A stretch of 59,484 bases of DNA, filler included. It is 6 parts of 6 records of this genome, joined end to end, with 100 filler letters (N's around TTAATTAATTAA, not from the genome) between each part and the next. Parts side by side here need not be neighbours in the genome. Positions count along the whole stretch, not along the records: positions 28,648 to 48,501 come from SRR2962707_550; 5 more parts are not named here. The stretch is one strand, 5' to 3'. The position numbers and the translations under genes are program-made. Positions 29,402 through 40,978 of the stretch are shown here, in pieces (the stretch's first letter is position 1; each line of letters begins with the position of its first letter). The notes beneath the pieces were generated by a model. The model had not been told where the DNA came from. It made no database searches and worked only from the letters and a program-made list of their open reading frames with translations.

Positions 29402-30634
29402 ATGGAGAATATTGCATTGATCGAATCATTTTCTGAGTTTAAAGACGATAAACTCATAGATCGTGTGACGTTAATGGCCATTTTAGAAGATGTATTTAGA
29501 AATGCGCTAAAGAAAAAATTTGGATCTGATGATAATTTTGATATTATTATCAATCCAGATAAAGGAGATTTAGAGATTTGGAGAAACCGAATTGTGGTTG
29601 CAGATGATGAAATAGAAGACGATAACCAAGAGATTTCATTAACAGAGGCTAGAAAAATCGAACCAGATTTTGAGGTTGGAGAGGATGTGTCAGAAGAAGT
29701 GAAGCTTATCGATTTGGGAAGAAGATCTATTCTTGCTTTAAGACAAAACTTAATTTCTAAAATACACGAGCACGATAATACAACCATTTATAAGCAATTT
29801 AAAGATCTTATAGGAGATATTTATACTGCGGAAGTGCATCATATTCGTCATAAAGCTGTTATTTTGTTAGATGATGAAGGAAATGAGATTATCCTTCCGA
29901 AGGATAAACAAATCCCTTCAGACTTTTTCAGAAAAGGTGAAAATGTTAGAGGAATCATAGAAGGTGTTGAGTTGAAAGGAAACAAACCTATGATTGTAAT
30001 GTCTAGAACGGCTCCTGAATTCCTTGAGAAATTATTTGAACAAGAAATTCCAGAGGTTTTTGATGGCTTAATTACTGTTAAAAAAGTAGTTAGAATTCCT
30101 GGAGAGAAAGCAAAAGTTGCGGTAGATTCTTATGATGATAGAATAGATCCAGTTGGAGCTTGTGTTGGAATGAAAGGTTCTAGGATTCATGGAATTGTTC
30201 GTGAATTAGGAAATGAAAATATAGATGTTATTAACTTTACAAACAATCCACAGTTGTTTATTAGTAGAGCATTGAGCCCAGCTAAAGTAAGTTTAGTAAC
30301 TTTGAATGATGAAACTATGCATGCCGAAGTGCTTTTAAAACCAGAAGAGGTTTCTAAAGCAATCGGAAAAGGTGGTTTTAATATTCGTTTAGCCGGACAA
30401 TTAACCGGTTATGAAATTGATGTGCTTCGTGAAGGAGTAGAGGAAGATGTTGAGTTAACAGAATTCTCAGACGAAATAGAAGCATGGATAATTGACGAGT
30501 TTAGAAAAATTGGTCTTGATACTGCAAAAAGTGTGTTAGATCAGGATGTGGCTGATTTAATTAGAAGAACAGACCTTGAAGAAGAAACAATTATAGAAGT
30601 TGTTAGAGTTCTTAAGGAGGAATTTGAAGACTAA
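29402..30634 (+). CDS. nusA: Transcription termination/antitermination factor NusA
   Basis: EIPEVFDG, RIPGEKAKVAV, DPVGACVGMKGSRI, KAIGKGGFNIRLA (S1+KH domains). Confidence 0.98.
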   Translation: MENIALIESFSEFKDDKLIDRVTLMAILEDVFRNALKKKFGSDDNFDIIINPDKGDLEIWRNRIVVADDEIEDDNQEISLTEARKIEPDFEVGEDVSEEVKLIDLGRRSILALRQNLISKIHEHDNTTIYKQFKDLIGDIYTAEVHHIRHKAVILLDDEGNEIILPKDKQIPSDFFRKGENVRGIIEGVELKGNKPMIVMSRTAPEFLEKLFEQEIPEVFDGLITVKKVVRIPGEKAKVAVDSYDDRIDPVGACVGMKGSRIHGIVRELGNENIDVINFTNNPQLFISRALSPAKVSLVTLNDETMHAEVLLKPEEVSKAIGKGGFNIRLAGQLTGYEIDVLREGVEEDVELTEFSDEIEAWIIDEFRKIGLDTAKSVLDQDVADLIRRTDLEEETIIEVVRVLKEEFED

Positions 30635-30783
30635 TTTTATAGTATAAGTAGCCTTTGTATTTTTGTATAAAGGTATATTGAAGATAATAATAAGGATGTT
30701 TTTGGTGTAGCCACTTTTGTAGCAACATTGTAAGCATTAAGCTCACCGAGTGAGTAAATAAAATTTAGGATAACAAATATTGT

Positions 30784-33741
30784 ATGGCTGAAAGCGCAAA
30801 ATTGAGGCTAAATAAAGTTTTAAGAGAGTTAAATATTTCATTGGACCGAGCGGTAGAATATCTATCGTCCAAAGGTCATGAAGTGGAGGCACGCCCTACC
30901 GCAAAAATTACCAATGAAGTATATAACGTGCTCTTAGACGAATTTCAAACAGATAGAAGCAAGAAAGTTGCCTCTAAAGAGGTTGGAGAAGAAAAGCGTA
31001 AAGAGAAAGAAGCGATTAGGCAGGAATTGGAAAAAGAGAATGAGCTAAAACGTCAGAAGCAAGAAGAACATGAAGTTGTGAAAGCAAAGGCGAATTTAGC
31101 AGGTCCAAAAACTGTTGGTAAAATCGATCTTGATGGAAAGAAAGAACAAGCTGCTCCAGAGAAACCGAAGGAAGAAGTTCAAGCCGAGAAAGTAGAAACG
31201 CCTCAGCCTGAAAAACAACCAGAGAAACCGAAGGAGGAAGTTAGTAAACCAGCGGAGTCTAAAGTTGAAGAAAATAAAAAGCTTGATAAAAAAGTAGAAG
31301 AGCCTAAAGCGGAGGTTGAAAAACCTGTTGAGGTTAAACCAACAGAAAGCAAGCCTGAACCTAAAAAGGAAACAGAGCCTGCTAAACCTAAGCAAGAAGT
31401 TCCTCAGCAAAAACCAAAACAAGATCCAAAACAAGAATCTAAGCCAGAACCAAAACCAGTTCAAAAAGAACCTGTGGTTCCTAAGGAGACTAAAAAGGTT
31501 ATTGTAGATGGGGAAGAGGTGGATTCTGAACAGGTTAAAACCAAGTACACAAAACTTTCTGGTCCAAATTTTACTGGGGAAAAAATAGATCTTTCTCAGT
31601 TTAATAAACCTAAAAAGAAAAAAGAAGATCCTAAAGCTGCTGATAAAAAAGGAGCTAAAGCTGCAGACGATAAAAAGAAACGTCGTCGTAGAATTAGTAA
31701 GGATAATAACAATAAAGGACCTAGGCCAAATACAGGTGGAGGAAATAATGCAGGGGGTAATAGATTTTCTAAAGATAGAAATAATGCTCGTGGCAAAGGA
31801 AGAAGAAATACTGCTCCTGTTGAAAAGGTAGAGCCTACAGAAGAAGAAGTACAAAAACAAGTAAGAGAAACTCTTGAAAAACTTCAAGGGAAATCTAATA
31901 AATCAAAAGGTGCTAAATACCGTCGTGAGAAAAGAGATTTCCATAGACAAAAATCTGAGAAAGAATTAGCACAGCAGGAAGCAGAAAGCAAAGTGCTTAA
32001 AGTAACAGAATTTGTTACTGTAAGTGAAGTTGCAACTTTAATGGATGTTCCAGTTACTCAAATTATATCAGCATGTATGTCGCTTGGTATGATGGTAACA
32101 ATGAATCAGCGTTTGGATGCGGAGACGCTATCTATTATTGCTGATGAATTTGGATATGAAGTTGAATTTATTACAACAGACATCGAAGAAGATGTTGAAG
32201 TGGTTCTAGATGCTCCTGAAGATTTAATACATAGAGCACCAATTGTTACGGTAATGGGTCACGTTGACCACGGTAAAACGTCTTTGCTGGATTATATCCG
32301 TGAAGAAAATGTTATTGCTGGAGAGAGTGGAGGTATTACACAGCATATTGGAGCGTATGGAGTTACATTAAAAGACGGTCAGAAAATAGCGTTCTTAGAT
32401 ACTCCTGGTCACGAAGCCTTTACGGCGATGCGTGCGAGAGGGGCTCAAGTAACCGATTTAGCAATTATTGTAATTGCTGCCGATGACAATGTGATGCCAC
32501 AAACAAAAGAAGCTATTAGTCATGCGCAAGCAGCTGGAGTTCCTATTGTATTTGCAATTAATAAAGTGGATAAGCCAACGGCAAATCCAGATAAGATAAA
32601 AGAGAGTTTAGCTCAAATGAATCTTCTTGTAGAAGATTGGGGAGGTAAGATACAGTCTCAAGACATTTCTGCTAAAACAGGACAAGGTGTTCCGGAATTA
32701 TTAGAAAAAGTATTGCTAGAGGCTGAAATATTAGAGCTTAAAGCAAACCCTAATAAGATAGCTAACGGTACCGTAGTAGAAGCATACCTAGATAAAGGTC
32801 GTGGTTATGTATCTACCGTATTAGTTCAGGCAGGAACATTAAAAATTGGAGATTATGTACTGGCGGGAACGCATAGTGGTAAAGTTAAGGCAATGCAAGA
32901 TGAGCGTGGAAACGATATCAAGGTGGCAGGTCCTTCAACTCCAATTTCAATATTAGGTTTAGATGGAGCGCCGCAAGCTGGTGATAAGTTTAATGTTTAT
33001 GAAGATGAACGTGAGGCAAAACAAATTGCTACTAAACGTACGCAGTTACAACGTGAGCAATCTGTAAGAACTCAACGTCATATTACTTTAGATGAAATTG
33101 GAAGACGTATTGCTTTAGGAGACTTTAAAGAGCTTAACATTATCCTTAAAGGAGATGTGGATGGTTCTGTTGAGGCACTAACCGATTCTTTCCAGAAATT
33201 ATCTACAGAAGAAATACATATAAACATTATACATAAAGCTGTAGGTCCAATTACAGAGTCTGATGTATTGTTAGCTTCGGCTTCTGATGCAATTATCATC
33301 GGGTTTAATGTTAGGCCAATGGGTAATGCCCGTTCGGTTGCTGATAAAGAAGAAATCGATATCCGTACCTACTCAATTATCTATGATGCTATTAATGACC
33401 TTAAAGATGCTATGGAAGGTATGTTGTCTCCAGAGCTTAAAGAGGAAATTACTGGTACTGCAGAAATCCGTGAAACGTTCAAAATTTCTAAGGTTGGAAC
33501 TATTGCAGGTTGTATGGTAACAGATGGTAAGGTTTATAGAAATTCTGGTATTAGATTAATACGTGACGGAGTTGTAGTGTATACTGGAGAATTGACTTCA
33601 TTAAAACGCTTTAAAGACGATGTTAAAGAAGTTTCTAAAGGCTACGATTGTGGACTTCAAATCAAAAACTACAATGATATCCAAGTTGGAGATGTTGTAG
33701 AGAGTTTTAGAGAAGTTGAGGTTAAGAAGAAGTTGAAATAA
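30784..33741 (+). CDS. infB: Translation initiation factor IF-2
   Basis: [35 protein letters not shown]; long K/E/P-rich N-terminus. Confidence 0.99.
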   Translation: MAESAKLRLNKVLRELNISLDRAVEYLSSKGHEVEARPTAKITNEVYNVLLDEFQTDRSKKVASKEVGEEKRKEKEAIRQELEKENELKRQKQEEHEVVKAKANLAGPKTVGKIDLDGKKEQAAPEKPKEEVQAEKVETPQPEKQPEKPKEEVSKPAESKVEENKKLDKKVEEPKAEVEKPVEVKPTESKPEPKKETEPAKPKQEVPQQKPKQDPKQESKPEPKPVQKEPVVPKETKKVIVDGEEVDSEQVKTKYTKLSGPNFTGEKIDLSQFNKPKKKKEDPKAADKKGAKAADDKKKRRRRISKDNNNKGPRPNTGGGNNAGGNRFSKDRNNARGKGRRNTAPVEKVEPTEEEVQKQVRETLEKLQGKSNKSKGAKYRREKRDFHRQKSEKELAQQEAESKVLKVTEFVTVSEVATLMDVPVTQIISACMSLGMMVTMNQRLDAETLSIIADEFGYEVEFITTDIEEDVEVVLDAPEDLIHRAPIVTVMGHVDHGKTSLLDYIREENVIAGESGGITQHIGAYGVTLKDGQKIAFLDTPGHEAFTAMRARGAQVTDLAIIVIAADDNVMPQTKEAISHAQAAGVPIVFAINKVDKPTANPDKIKESLAQMNLLVEDWGGKIQSQDISAKTGQGVPELLEKVLLEAEILELKANPNKIANGTVVEAYLDKGRGYVSTVLVQAGTLKIGDYVLAGTHSGKVKAMQDERGNDIKVAGPSTPISILGLDGAPQAGDKFNVYEDEREAKQIATKRTQLQREQSVRTQRHITLDEIGRRIALGDFKELNIILKGDVDGSVEALTDSFQKLSTEEIHINIIHKAVGPITESDVLLASASDAIIIGFNVRPMGNARSVADKEEIDIRTYSIIYDAINDLKDAMEGMLSPELKEEITGTAEIRETFKISKVGTIAGCMVTDGKVYRNSGIRLIRDGVVVYTGELTSLKRFKDDVKEVSKGYDCGLQIKNYNDIQVGDVVESFREVEVKKKLK

Positions 33742-33758
33742 CATTCTATATATTCAAT

Positions 33759-33789
33759 AAAAAAAGCGACTCTAAGAGTCGCTTTTTTT
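33759..33789. terminator. Bidirectional intrinsic terminator
   Basis: A7-GCGACTC-TAA-GAGTCGC-T7 between convergent infB and the SPOR gene. Confidence 0.92.
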
Positions 33790-33810
33790 ATGTCTAAAAG
33801 TTAATTTTTA

Positions 33811-34215
33811 TTATGGTTGTAATAAAAATGCACTAGGATATTCGTTTTTAACTTGAATAAGATATCTGTCGGCTTCTAAACGTGTTCTAAATTTACCTAC
33901 TCTTACTTTATAATTTGGAGTTTCAAATGCAATATCAGAAGTAATATCTTTAAATTCATTGCTAAAATTTCGCTTTGCTTTTTGTGCACCCTCTAAAGTT
34001 CCGTTGTAAATCTGAATTCTAAAACGTTTTTCGTCATCAGTTTTATTCAGTTTTGTTTTGTATGAAACCAGTTTTTCTATTTGAGCGTCTTGCTCAATAG
34101 TTACTTTTCCATCATTTTTTGAAGTTTTAACATTTGTTTGTGCGTGACTTATTCCGCTAAAAATAAGGGCAAAAACGAGTGCCGCTACTTGTTTTTTATG
34201 TTCTAATAATCTCAT
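33811..34215 (-). CDS. Exported SPOR-domain protein
   Basis: Signal peptide ending SHA; FRIQIY, PNYKVRVGKF..RLEA and YPSAF motifs; ATG 34215 lies downstream of a -7 box. Confidence 0.88.
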   Translation of the reverse strand: MRLLEHKKQVAALVFALIFSGISHAQTNVKTSKNDGKVTIEQDAQIEKLVSYKTKLNKTDDEKRFRIQIYNGTLEGAQKAKRNFSNEFKDITSDIAFETPNYKVRVGKFRTRLEADRYLIQVKNEYPSAFLLQP

Positions 34216-34233
34216 AATGAATGCTATTTTATG

Positions 34234-34241
34234 CAAATGTA
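34234..34241 (-). promoter_or_regulatory. Bacteroidota -7 box for the SPOR gene
   Basis: TACATTTG on the minus strand, about 20 nt before the ATG. Confidence 0.7.
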
Positions 34242-34339
34242 AATCTATTATTCTTTTTAAGTTTAATTTTTTTTATTTAGAATTGGTATAAATTATGTAT
34301 TAACGCTTCTCTAACATTTCTAAAATCGAGACTATATCG

Positions 34340-34347
34340 TATTTTTG
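34340..34347 (+). promoter_or_regulatory. Bacteroidota -7 box for the act-cta operon
   Basis: TATTTTTG about 80 nt upstream of actA. Confidence 0.65.
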
Positions 34348-34427
34348 TGCTCGGATTAAAAAAACGGTTTATGACTTTTACAGTGTAAAAATCGTGCCAA
34401 TTTATGATAGAAAATACATATTCTAAT

Positions 34428-35714
34428 ATGAAAAAGGTGATACACCCTAATTCAATTTCACGAATTTTAGGTATCGGATTAGCGATTCTGCTAGCATTTA
34501 CGAGTTCTCTTTATGCTCAGGACGGAGGGGGAGACCCTGCGGCTGGGAAATCTTTATTTAACACTTATTGTGCGGCATGTCACCATCTTGATAGAAAGAT
34601 GACAGGTCCTGCTTTGAGAGGTGTTGGAGATAAGCATGACAAAGAGTGGTTGCATGCTTGGATAAAAAATAGCCAAGCTTTAATTAAGTCTGGTGATGAA
34701 GAGGCGGTTAAGCTTTGGGATGAGTATCAGCCGTCTGTAATGACAGCTTTTCCTCAATTAAGCGAGGCAGATATAGATAATATCATTGCATATACTATGC
34801 AGCCTAAAGAAGAAAAACCTGCGCCAGCTGCTGGGGCTGTTGCTGCGGACGGAGGTAATGCGTCTTCTAATGGTGTAGGAAACGAAATTATATTAGGTGC
34901 GCTTATTTTAATATTTGGCGTGCTTGTGGTAATGCTTTTCTTAGTGAATAAAACACTTAGAAGAATTGCAGAAGCAAACGGTGTTGAGTATGCTGTGCCA
35001 GAAAAAAGACTTCCGTTATGGAAAGCTTTTGTTAAGAATCAATTTTTAGTATTGGTTTCTGTGGTTTTCTTGTTATTAGCTTCAGGGTATTTTGCTTATG
35101 GTTACATGATGCAAGTTGGAGTTGATCAAGGGTACCAACCAATTCAGCCAATTCACTTTTCGCATAGAATCCATGCTGGAGATAATGAGATCGACTGTAA
35201 GTACTGTCACTCTTCAGCTAGAACATCAAAAACATCTGGTATTCCTTCTTTGAATGTTTGTATGAACTGTCATAAAAGTATTCCAGAAGTTGCAGATGAA
35301 ACTGGAACTGCGGAACATTCTAAAGAATTTTACGATAAAGAGATTGCTAAATTATACGATGCTGTAGGTTGGGATGTTGCTAACCAAGAGTATACAGGAG
35401 AAACTAAGCCAGTTAAATGGGTTCGTATTCATAATTTGCCAGACTTTGCGTACTTTAACCATTCACAACACGTAACAGTGGGTAGAATTGCATGTCAAGA
35501 ATGTCATGGTCCAATTCAGGAAATGGAAATTGTACATCAAGATGCGCCACTTACAATGGGGTGGTGTATTAACTGTCACCGTAAGACTAATGTTAAAATG
35601 GAAGGGAATGAGTATTATACAAAAATACACGACGAGCTTTCTAAAAAATACGGTGTAGAAGAATTGACAGCAGCACAGCTAGGAGGAACCGAGTGTGCTA
35701 AATGTCACTATTAA
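34428..35714 (+). CDS. actA: Alternative complex III subunit A, hexaheme cytochrome c
   Basis: Six CxxCH motifs (CAACH; CKYCH, CMNCH, CQECH, CINCH, CAKCH) with two TM helices after the first; start 34428 or 34404. Confidence 0.95.
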   Translation: MKKVIHPNSISRILGIGLAILLAFTSSLYAQDGGGDPAAGKSLFNTYCAACHHLDRKMTGPALRGVGDKHDKEWLHAWIKNSQALIKSGDEEAVKLWDEYQPSVMTAFPQLSEADIDNIIAYTMQPKEEKPAPAAGAVAADGGNASSNGVGNEIILGALILIFGVLVVMLFLVNKTLRRIAEANGVEYAVPEKRLPLWKAFVKNQFLVLVSVVFLLLASGYFAYGYMMQVGVDQGYQPIQPIHFSHRIHAGDNEIDCKYCHSSARTSKTSGIPSLNVCMNCHKSIPEVADETGTAEHSKEFYDKEIAKLYDAVGWDVANQEYTGETKPVKWVRIHNLPDFAYFNHSQHVTVGRIACQECHGPIQEMEIVHQDAPLTMGWCINCHRKTNVKMEGNEYYTKIHDELSKKYGVEELTAAQLGGTECAKCHY

Positions 35715-35800
35715 TTAAGTGATTTCTTAAAAGGAATTCAAAAACAAAAATCTAAGATAAGCCTGTTTAGGCAGGTTGATTTAAAATAGTTATATATAAC

Positions 35801-38800
35801 ATGGCATCAAACAAAAAATACTGGTCAAGTGTTGAGGAGCTAAATCCAAATAGCTCTATCGCTGAGACGCTTAAACAGAATGAGTTTGTTGAGGAAATCC
35901 CTAACGATGAATTTTTAGGAGATAAGGATTCATTGGGTTCTTCGTCTACCAGTAGACGTGATTTTCTTAAATATGTTGGATTTACTACAGCTGCTGCTTC
36001 TTTAGCAGCCTGTGAGGGTCCAGTTACTAAATCTATACCTTACGTAGTGCAGCCAGAGAACATTGTTCCAGGAGTTGCAAACTACTATGCAACTACTATT
36101 GCAGATGGGTATGATTTTGCTAGCATATTGATTAAAACTCGTGAAGGTAGACCAATTAAGATTGAAAGCAATACCGACGCTAAGGTAAATGGAGGAGCTA
36201 ATGCTAGAGTTCATGCGTCTGTTTTAGGATTATACGATAGCATGCGTGTACAAGGTCCTAAGGCTAAAGGTGAGTATATTTCTTGGGATGATCTTGATAC
36301 AAATGTAGCAAGCGGACTTAACGCAGCGAAAGCTAGTGGAAAGCAGATTGTATTGTTAACGCAAACTTTTGCAAGTCCTTCAGTAAAAAATATTATTGCT
36401 GAATTTTCTCAGAAGTATGGAAACGTAAAACATATTCAGTACGATGCCATTTCTGAAGATGCAGCCTTGAATGCTTTTGAAGCTTCTTATGGGGTGCGTG
36501 CTTTAGCAGATTACGATTTTTCTAAAGCTGAAGTAATTGTTTCTTTTGGAGCTGATTTCTTAGGAGATTGGCAAGGTGGTGGATTTGATTCTGACTACGC
36601 AAAAGGACGTATTCCTTCTCATGGTAAAATGTCTAGACATATCCAGTTTGAATCAAATATGAGTTTGACTGGAGCGAATGCAGATAAAAGAGTTCCTTTA
36701 ACGCCAACACAGCAAAAAGTAGCTTTAGCTAAATTCTATGGTTTCTTAAACGGAAAATCTGTTGGAGGAGAACTTCCAGCTAAAATAGAAGAAGCTGTTA
36801 AGAATGCGGCTGCGCAAGTTGCTAGAGCAGGTAAAAATGCAGTTGTTGTAACTGGAATTAACGATATAGATGCACAAAAAGTTGTTTTGTCTATTAACAA
36901 ATCAATCGGAAGTGTAGTAATGGATGCAGATGCGCCAAGAATGACGCGTCAAGGAAATGCAAAACAAGTAGCCGCTTTAGTAGAAGATATGAAAGCTGGT
37001 AAAGTTGGTGCTTTGATTATGAGCGGTGTTAATCCGCTTTATACGTTGCCAAATGCTTCAGAATTTGAAGCTGGATTGGCGAGCGTAGATCTTTCCGTGG
37101 CATTCTCTTTAAAAGAAGATGAAACCTCTACAAAAGCAGGATATATTGCTGCCGAACCTCATTATTTAGAATCTTGGGGAGATGTAGAGATGAAAAAAGG
37201 TCATTATAGCCTAATGCAGCCAACAATTCGTCCTATATTTAATACAAGACAATTTCAAGAGTCTTTATTGAAATGGGCTGGAAATGATGTTAGCTATCAT
37301 GATTATATAAAACAAACATGGGAATCTACTGTTCTTGGAGGTTCTTCATGGAATACTGCATTACACGATGGTGTATTTGTTGGAAATGGAAATGTAACTG
37401 TTGAAACAGATGAAGATGCGGTTCCATTTGCAGCTTCAAATGAAGATACTGAGCCAGTAAATGCTGAAGCAACTGTAGCTTCTGTCTCTTCTTCAGTAAA
37501 TAAATTAGCTGGAGCTACTGCTAATGGAATGGAGATAACACTCTATCCTAAAACAGGAATGGGAGATGGTCGTCAAGCAAACAATCCTTGGTTGCAAGAA
37601 TTGCCAGATCCAATTACTAGAAATACTTGGGATAACTACCTTACTATTTCTATGGCAGATGCTGAGGCTTTAGATCTTGAAAACTATACAGTTTCTAATG
37701 GAGCGCTAAATGGAGACTATGTAAAAGTTACTGTTGGTGGTGTTACTCTTGATAAAGTTCCTGCTTTAATTCAGCCAGGACAAGCTAAAGGAACTGTAGG
37801 TCTTTCTTTTGGTTATGGTAAAACATTAGGAGTTAAAGAAGAAATGAAAACTGGAGTAAATGCATATCCACTTTACTTAGGTTTTAATAATACACAAGAA
37901 GTTAAGTTAGAGAAAGTTTCTGGTACGCATGAATTTGCATCTGTGCAAATGAAAAGTACTATGGACGGAAGAGGAGATATCTTAAGAGAAACCTCTTTAG
38001 AGATTTTCAATACTAAAGATTCTCGCGATTGGAATCCTCAACCAGAGGTTTCTGTAAATCACCAAGAAGTATCAGCTGACGAGGCAGATATTTGGGCAGA
38101 GTTTGATTCTAGTATTGGGCATCATTTTAACTTGTCTATAGATTTAAATGCTTGTACTGGTTGTGGAGCATGTGTAATAGCATGTCATGCAGAAAACAAC
38201 GTTCCTGTTGTAGGTAAAAGCGAAGTAAGAAAATATAGAGATATGCACTGGTTGCGTATTGATAGATATTATTCTTCTGAAGAAAGTTTTGAAGGAGATA
38301 TGGATGTAGTTGAAGCTGCTCCAAATTCAATCAGCACATACCATCAGTTAGAACATCCTTCTGAGAATCCTCAGGTGGCTTTCCAACCAGTAATGTGTCA
38401 GCATTGTAACCACGCTCCTTGTGAAACTGTTTGTCCTGTTGCGGCAACGTCTCATGGAAAACAAGGTCAAAACCAAATGATATACAACCGTTGTGTAGGT
38501 ACTCGTTATTGCGCAAATAACTGTCCATACAAAGTGCGTCGTTTCAACTGGTTCTTATATAGTCAAAACGATGAGTTTGATTTCTATATGAATGACGATC
38601 TTGGTAGAATGGTATTAAATCCAGATGTTACTGTAAGATCTCGAGGGGTAATGGAGAAATGTTCTATGTGTATTCAAATGACACAAAAAACAATTCTTGA
38701 TGCTAAGAGAGACGGAAGACCGATTAAAGATGGTGAATTTAAAACCGCTTGTTCGGCAGCTTGTAGCAGTGGAGCAATTAAGTTTGGAGATGTTAATGAT

Positions 38801-38920
38801 AAAGAAAGTGAAATCGTTGAATTGAAAGAAGATAAACGTATGTATCACTTACTTGGATTTAAAGGAACTAGACCTAATGTATTCTATCACACAAAAGTGA
38901 GAAATACAGAAGAAGCATAA
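35801..38920 (+). CDS. actB: Alternative complex III subunit B (molybdopterin-oxidoreductase-like + Fe-S domains), Tat lipoprotein
   Basis: SRRDFLK twin-arginine + LAAC lipobox; CTGCGACVIAC, CQHCNHAPCETVCP, CVGTRYCANNCP, CSMC...CSAAC. Confidence 0.95.
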   Translation: MASNKKYWSSVEELNPNSSIAETLKQNEFVEEIPNDEFLGDKDSLGSSSTSRRDFLKYVGFTTAAASLAACEGPVTKSIPYVVQPENIVPGVANYYATTIADGYDFASILIKTREGRPIKIESNTDAKVNGGANARVHASVLGLYDSMRVQGPKAKGEYISWDDLDTNVASGLNAAKASGKQIVLLTQTFASPSVKNIIAEFSQKYGNVKHIQYDAISEDAALNAFEASYGVRALADYDFSKAEVIVSFGADFLGDWQGGGFDSDYAKGRIPSHGKMSRHIQFESNMSLTGANADKRVPLTPTQQKVALAKFYGFLNGKSVGGELPAKIEEAVKNAAAQVARAGKNAVVVTGINDIDAQKVVLSINKSIGSVVMDADAPRMTRQGNAKQVAALVEDMKAGKVGALIMSGVNPLYTLPNASEFEAGLASVDLSVAFSLKEDETSTKAGYIAAEPHYLESWGDVEMKKGHYSLMQPTIRPIFNTRQFQESLLKWAGNDVSYHDYIKQTWESTVLGGSSWNTALHDGVFVGNGNVTVETDEDAVPFAASNEDTEPVNAEATVASVSSSVNKLAGATANGMEITLYPKTGMGDGRQANNPWLQELPDPITRNTWDNYLTISMADAEALDLENYTVSNGALNGDYVKVTVGGVTLDKVPALIQPGQAKGTVGLSFGYGKTLGVKEEMKTGVNAYPLYLGFNNTQEVKLEKVSGTHEFASVQMKSTMDGRGDILRETSLEIFNTKDSRDWNPQPEVSVNHQEVSADEADIWAEFDSSIGHHFNLSIDLNACTGCGACVIACHAENNVPVVGKSEVRKYRDMHWLRIDRYYSSEESFEGDMDVVEAAPNSISTYHQLEHPSENPQVAFQPVMCQHCNHAPCETVCPVAATSHGKQGQNQMIYNRCVGTRYCANNCPYKVRRFNWFLYSQNDEFDFYMNDDLGRMVLNPDVTVRSRGVMEKCSMCIQMTQKTILDAKRDGRPIKDGEFKTACSAACSSGAIKFGDVNDKESEIVELKEDKRMYHLLGFKGTRPNVFYHTKVRNTEEA

Positions 38921-38955
38921 AAAAAGAATTAACAAGAATAATTATATAAAGTATT

Positions 38956-40440
38956 ATGGCGTCGCATTACGAAGCACCTATACGTGAACCTTTAGTAACG
39001 GGAGAAAAATCTTACCATGATGTTACTGTAGACGTTGCTGCTCCTGTTGAAGGAAGAGCGAATAAACAATGGTGGATTGTCTTTTCAATAGCTTTAGTTG
39101 CCTTCCTTTGGGGATTAGGCTGTATTATCTATACTGTATCAACTGGTATTGGTGTATGGGGATTAAATAAAACCGTAGGATGGGCCTGGGATATTACCAA
39201 CTTTGTATGGTGGGTAGGTATCGGTCACGCAGGAACACTTATTTCGGCAGTATTATTATTATTCCGTCAAAAGTGGAGAATGGCCGTTAACAGATCTGCA
39301 GAGGCAATGACAATCTTCTCGGTTGTTCAAGCAGGTTTGTTTCCAATTATCCACATGGGGAGACCATGGTTAGCATATTGGGTACTTCCTATTCCTAATC
39401 AATTTGGATCCTTATGGGTTAACTTTAACTCACCATTACTTTGGGATGTATTTGCAATTTCTACGTATTTATCGGTATCATTAGTGTTCTGGTGGACTGG
39501 TTTACTTCCAGATTTTGCAATGCTTCGAGATAGAGCAGTTAAGCCTTTTCAGAAAAAAATATATAGCCTTTTAAGTTTTGGATGGAGCGGAAGAGCAAAA
39601 GATTGGCAACGTTTTGAAGAAGTATCTTTAGTGTTAGCAGGTTTAGCTACACCATTAGTACTTTCGGTTCACACCATTGTATCTTTTGACTTTGCTACGT
39701 CGGTAATACCAGGATGGCACAGTACTATTTATCCTCCATACTTTGTTGCAGGAGCAATTTTCTCTGGATTTGCAATGGTATTAACTTTACTTATTATAAT
39801 GCGTAAAGTTTCTAACCTAGAAGCATATATTACTAGAGGACATATTGAGTACATGAATAAGGTTATTTTGCTTACAGGAGGAATTGTAAGTGTTGCCTAT
39901 ATTACTGAGTTCTTTATTGCTTGGTATTCTGGTAGTAATTATGAAGATTATACGTATCTTTCTATAGGTGCAGCAACAGGGCCTTATTGGTGGGCATTCT
40001 GGGCGCTTATTATCTGTAACTTTATAGTGCCTCAAACATTGTGGATTAAAAAGTTAAGAAGAAATTATATGTGGTCTTTCATTGTTTCGATAGTTATTAA
40101 TATAGGAATGTGGTTTGAGCGTTTTGATATTATTGTTATCAACTTAAGTAAAGGTCACTTACCATCATCTTGGACAATGTTCTCTCCTACTTTTGTAGAC
40201 GTAGGTATATTTTTAGGAACCATCGGATTCTTCTTTGTATTATTCTTATTATATGCAAGAACATTCCCAGTTATTGCGCAAGCAGAGGTGAAAACTATTT
40301 TGAAATCTTCTGGAGAACGTTACAAACGTTTGCGTGAAGATGGAAATAGCTTAGTAGGTACTGGAGCCGATAGTAGAACTTCTGATATAGTTGGAACTAC
40401 TAAAGAAAATTTAGATCAAGACACAAAAAATAATTCATAA
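38956..40440 (+). CDS. actC: Alternative complex III subunit C (NrfD/PsrC family quinol-binding subunit)
   Basis: WDITNFVWWVGIGHAGTLISA, IIHMGRPW, SPLLWDVFA, SVHTIVSFDFA, GMWFERF. Confidence 0.96.
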   Translation: MASHYEAPIREPLVTGEKSYHDVTVDVAAPVEGRANKQWWIVFSIALVAFLWGLGCIIYTVSTGIGVWGLNKTVGWAWDITNFVWWVGIGHAGTLISAVLLLFRQKWRMAVNRSAEAMTIFSVVQAGLFPIIHMGRPWLAYWVLPIPNQFGSLWVNFNSPLLWDVFAISTYLSVSLVFWWTGLLPDFAMLRDRAVKPFQKKIYSLLSFGWSGRAKDWQRFEEVSLVLAGLATPLVLSVHTIVSFDFATSVIPGWHSTIYPPYFVAGAIFSGFAMVLTLLIIMRKVSNLEAYITRGHIEYMNKVILLTGGIVSVAYITEFFIAWYSGSNYEDYTYLSIGAATGPYWWAFWALIICNFIVPQTLWIKKLRRNYMWSFIVSIVINIGMWFERFDIIVINLSKGHLPSSWTMFSPTFVDVGIFLGTIGFFFVLFLLYARTFPVIAQAEVKTILKSSGERYKRLREDGNSLVGTGADSRTSDIVGTTKENLDQDTKNNS

Positions 40441-40444
40441 GACT

Positions 40445-40969
40445 ATGGCTTCGAAAGTTATACAAGCAATATATAATGATGACGACGTTTTGATGTTAGC
40501 CGTAAAACGTGTTAAAGAAGCGCATCATCATATTGAAGAAATATATACGCCATTTCCAGTTCACGGACTAGATAAGGCTATGGGATTAGCTCCAACTAGA
40601 CTTGCAATTACTGCATTTATGTATGGTTGTGTTGGTTTAACAGTAGCTATTACGATGATGAATTTTATTATGATTGAAGACTGGCCTCAAAACATTGGTG
40701 GAAAACCAAGTTTTAGTTTTATTGAAAACATGCCAGCTTTCGTTCCAATTATGTTTGAGTTAACTGTATTTTTTGCAGCGCATTTAATGGTTATTACTTT
40801 TTATATGAGAAGTAGACTGTGGCCATTTAAAAAAGCAGAAAACCCAGACGTTAGAACCACAGACGACCATTTTTTAATGGAAGTGTCTTTGAATGATAAT
40901 GAAGACGAGTTAACAAGACTCTTGGTAGATACAGGAGCAGTAGAAGTTAAAGTTTCAGAAAAGCATTAA
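40445..40969 (+). CDS. actD: Alternative complex III subunit D (DUF3341)
   Basis: YTPFPVHGLD, IGGKP, PIMFELTV; two TM helices; operon position. Confidence 0.93.
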   Translation: MASKVIQAIYNDDDVLMLAVKRVKEAHHHIEEIYTPFPVHGLDKAMGLAPTRLAITAFMYGCVGLTVAITMMNFIMIEDWPQNIGGKPSFSFIENMPAFVPIMFELTVFFAAHLMVITFYMRSRLWPFKKAENPDVRTTDDHFLMEVSLNDNEDELTRLLVDTGAVEVKVSEKH

Positions 40970-40978
40970 TAATTCGAA

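Noticed and set aside
31096-31887. 263-aa Phe-rich minus-strand ORF
   Set aside because: Reverse complement of the Lys/Glu-rich IF-2 N-terminus.
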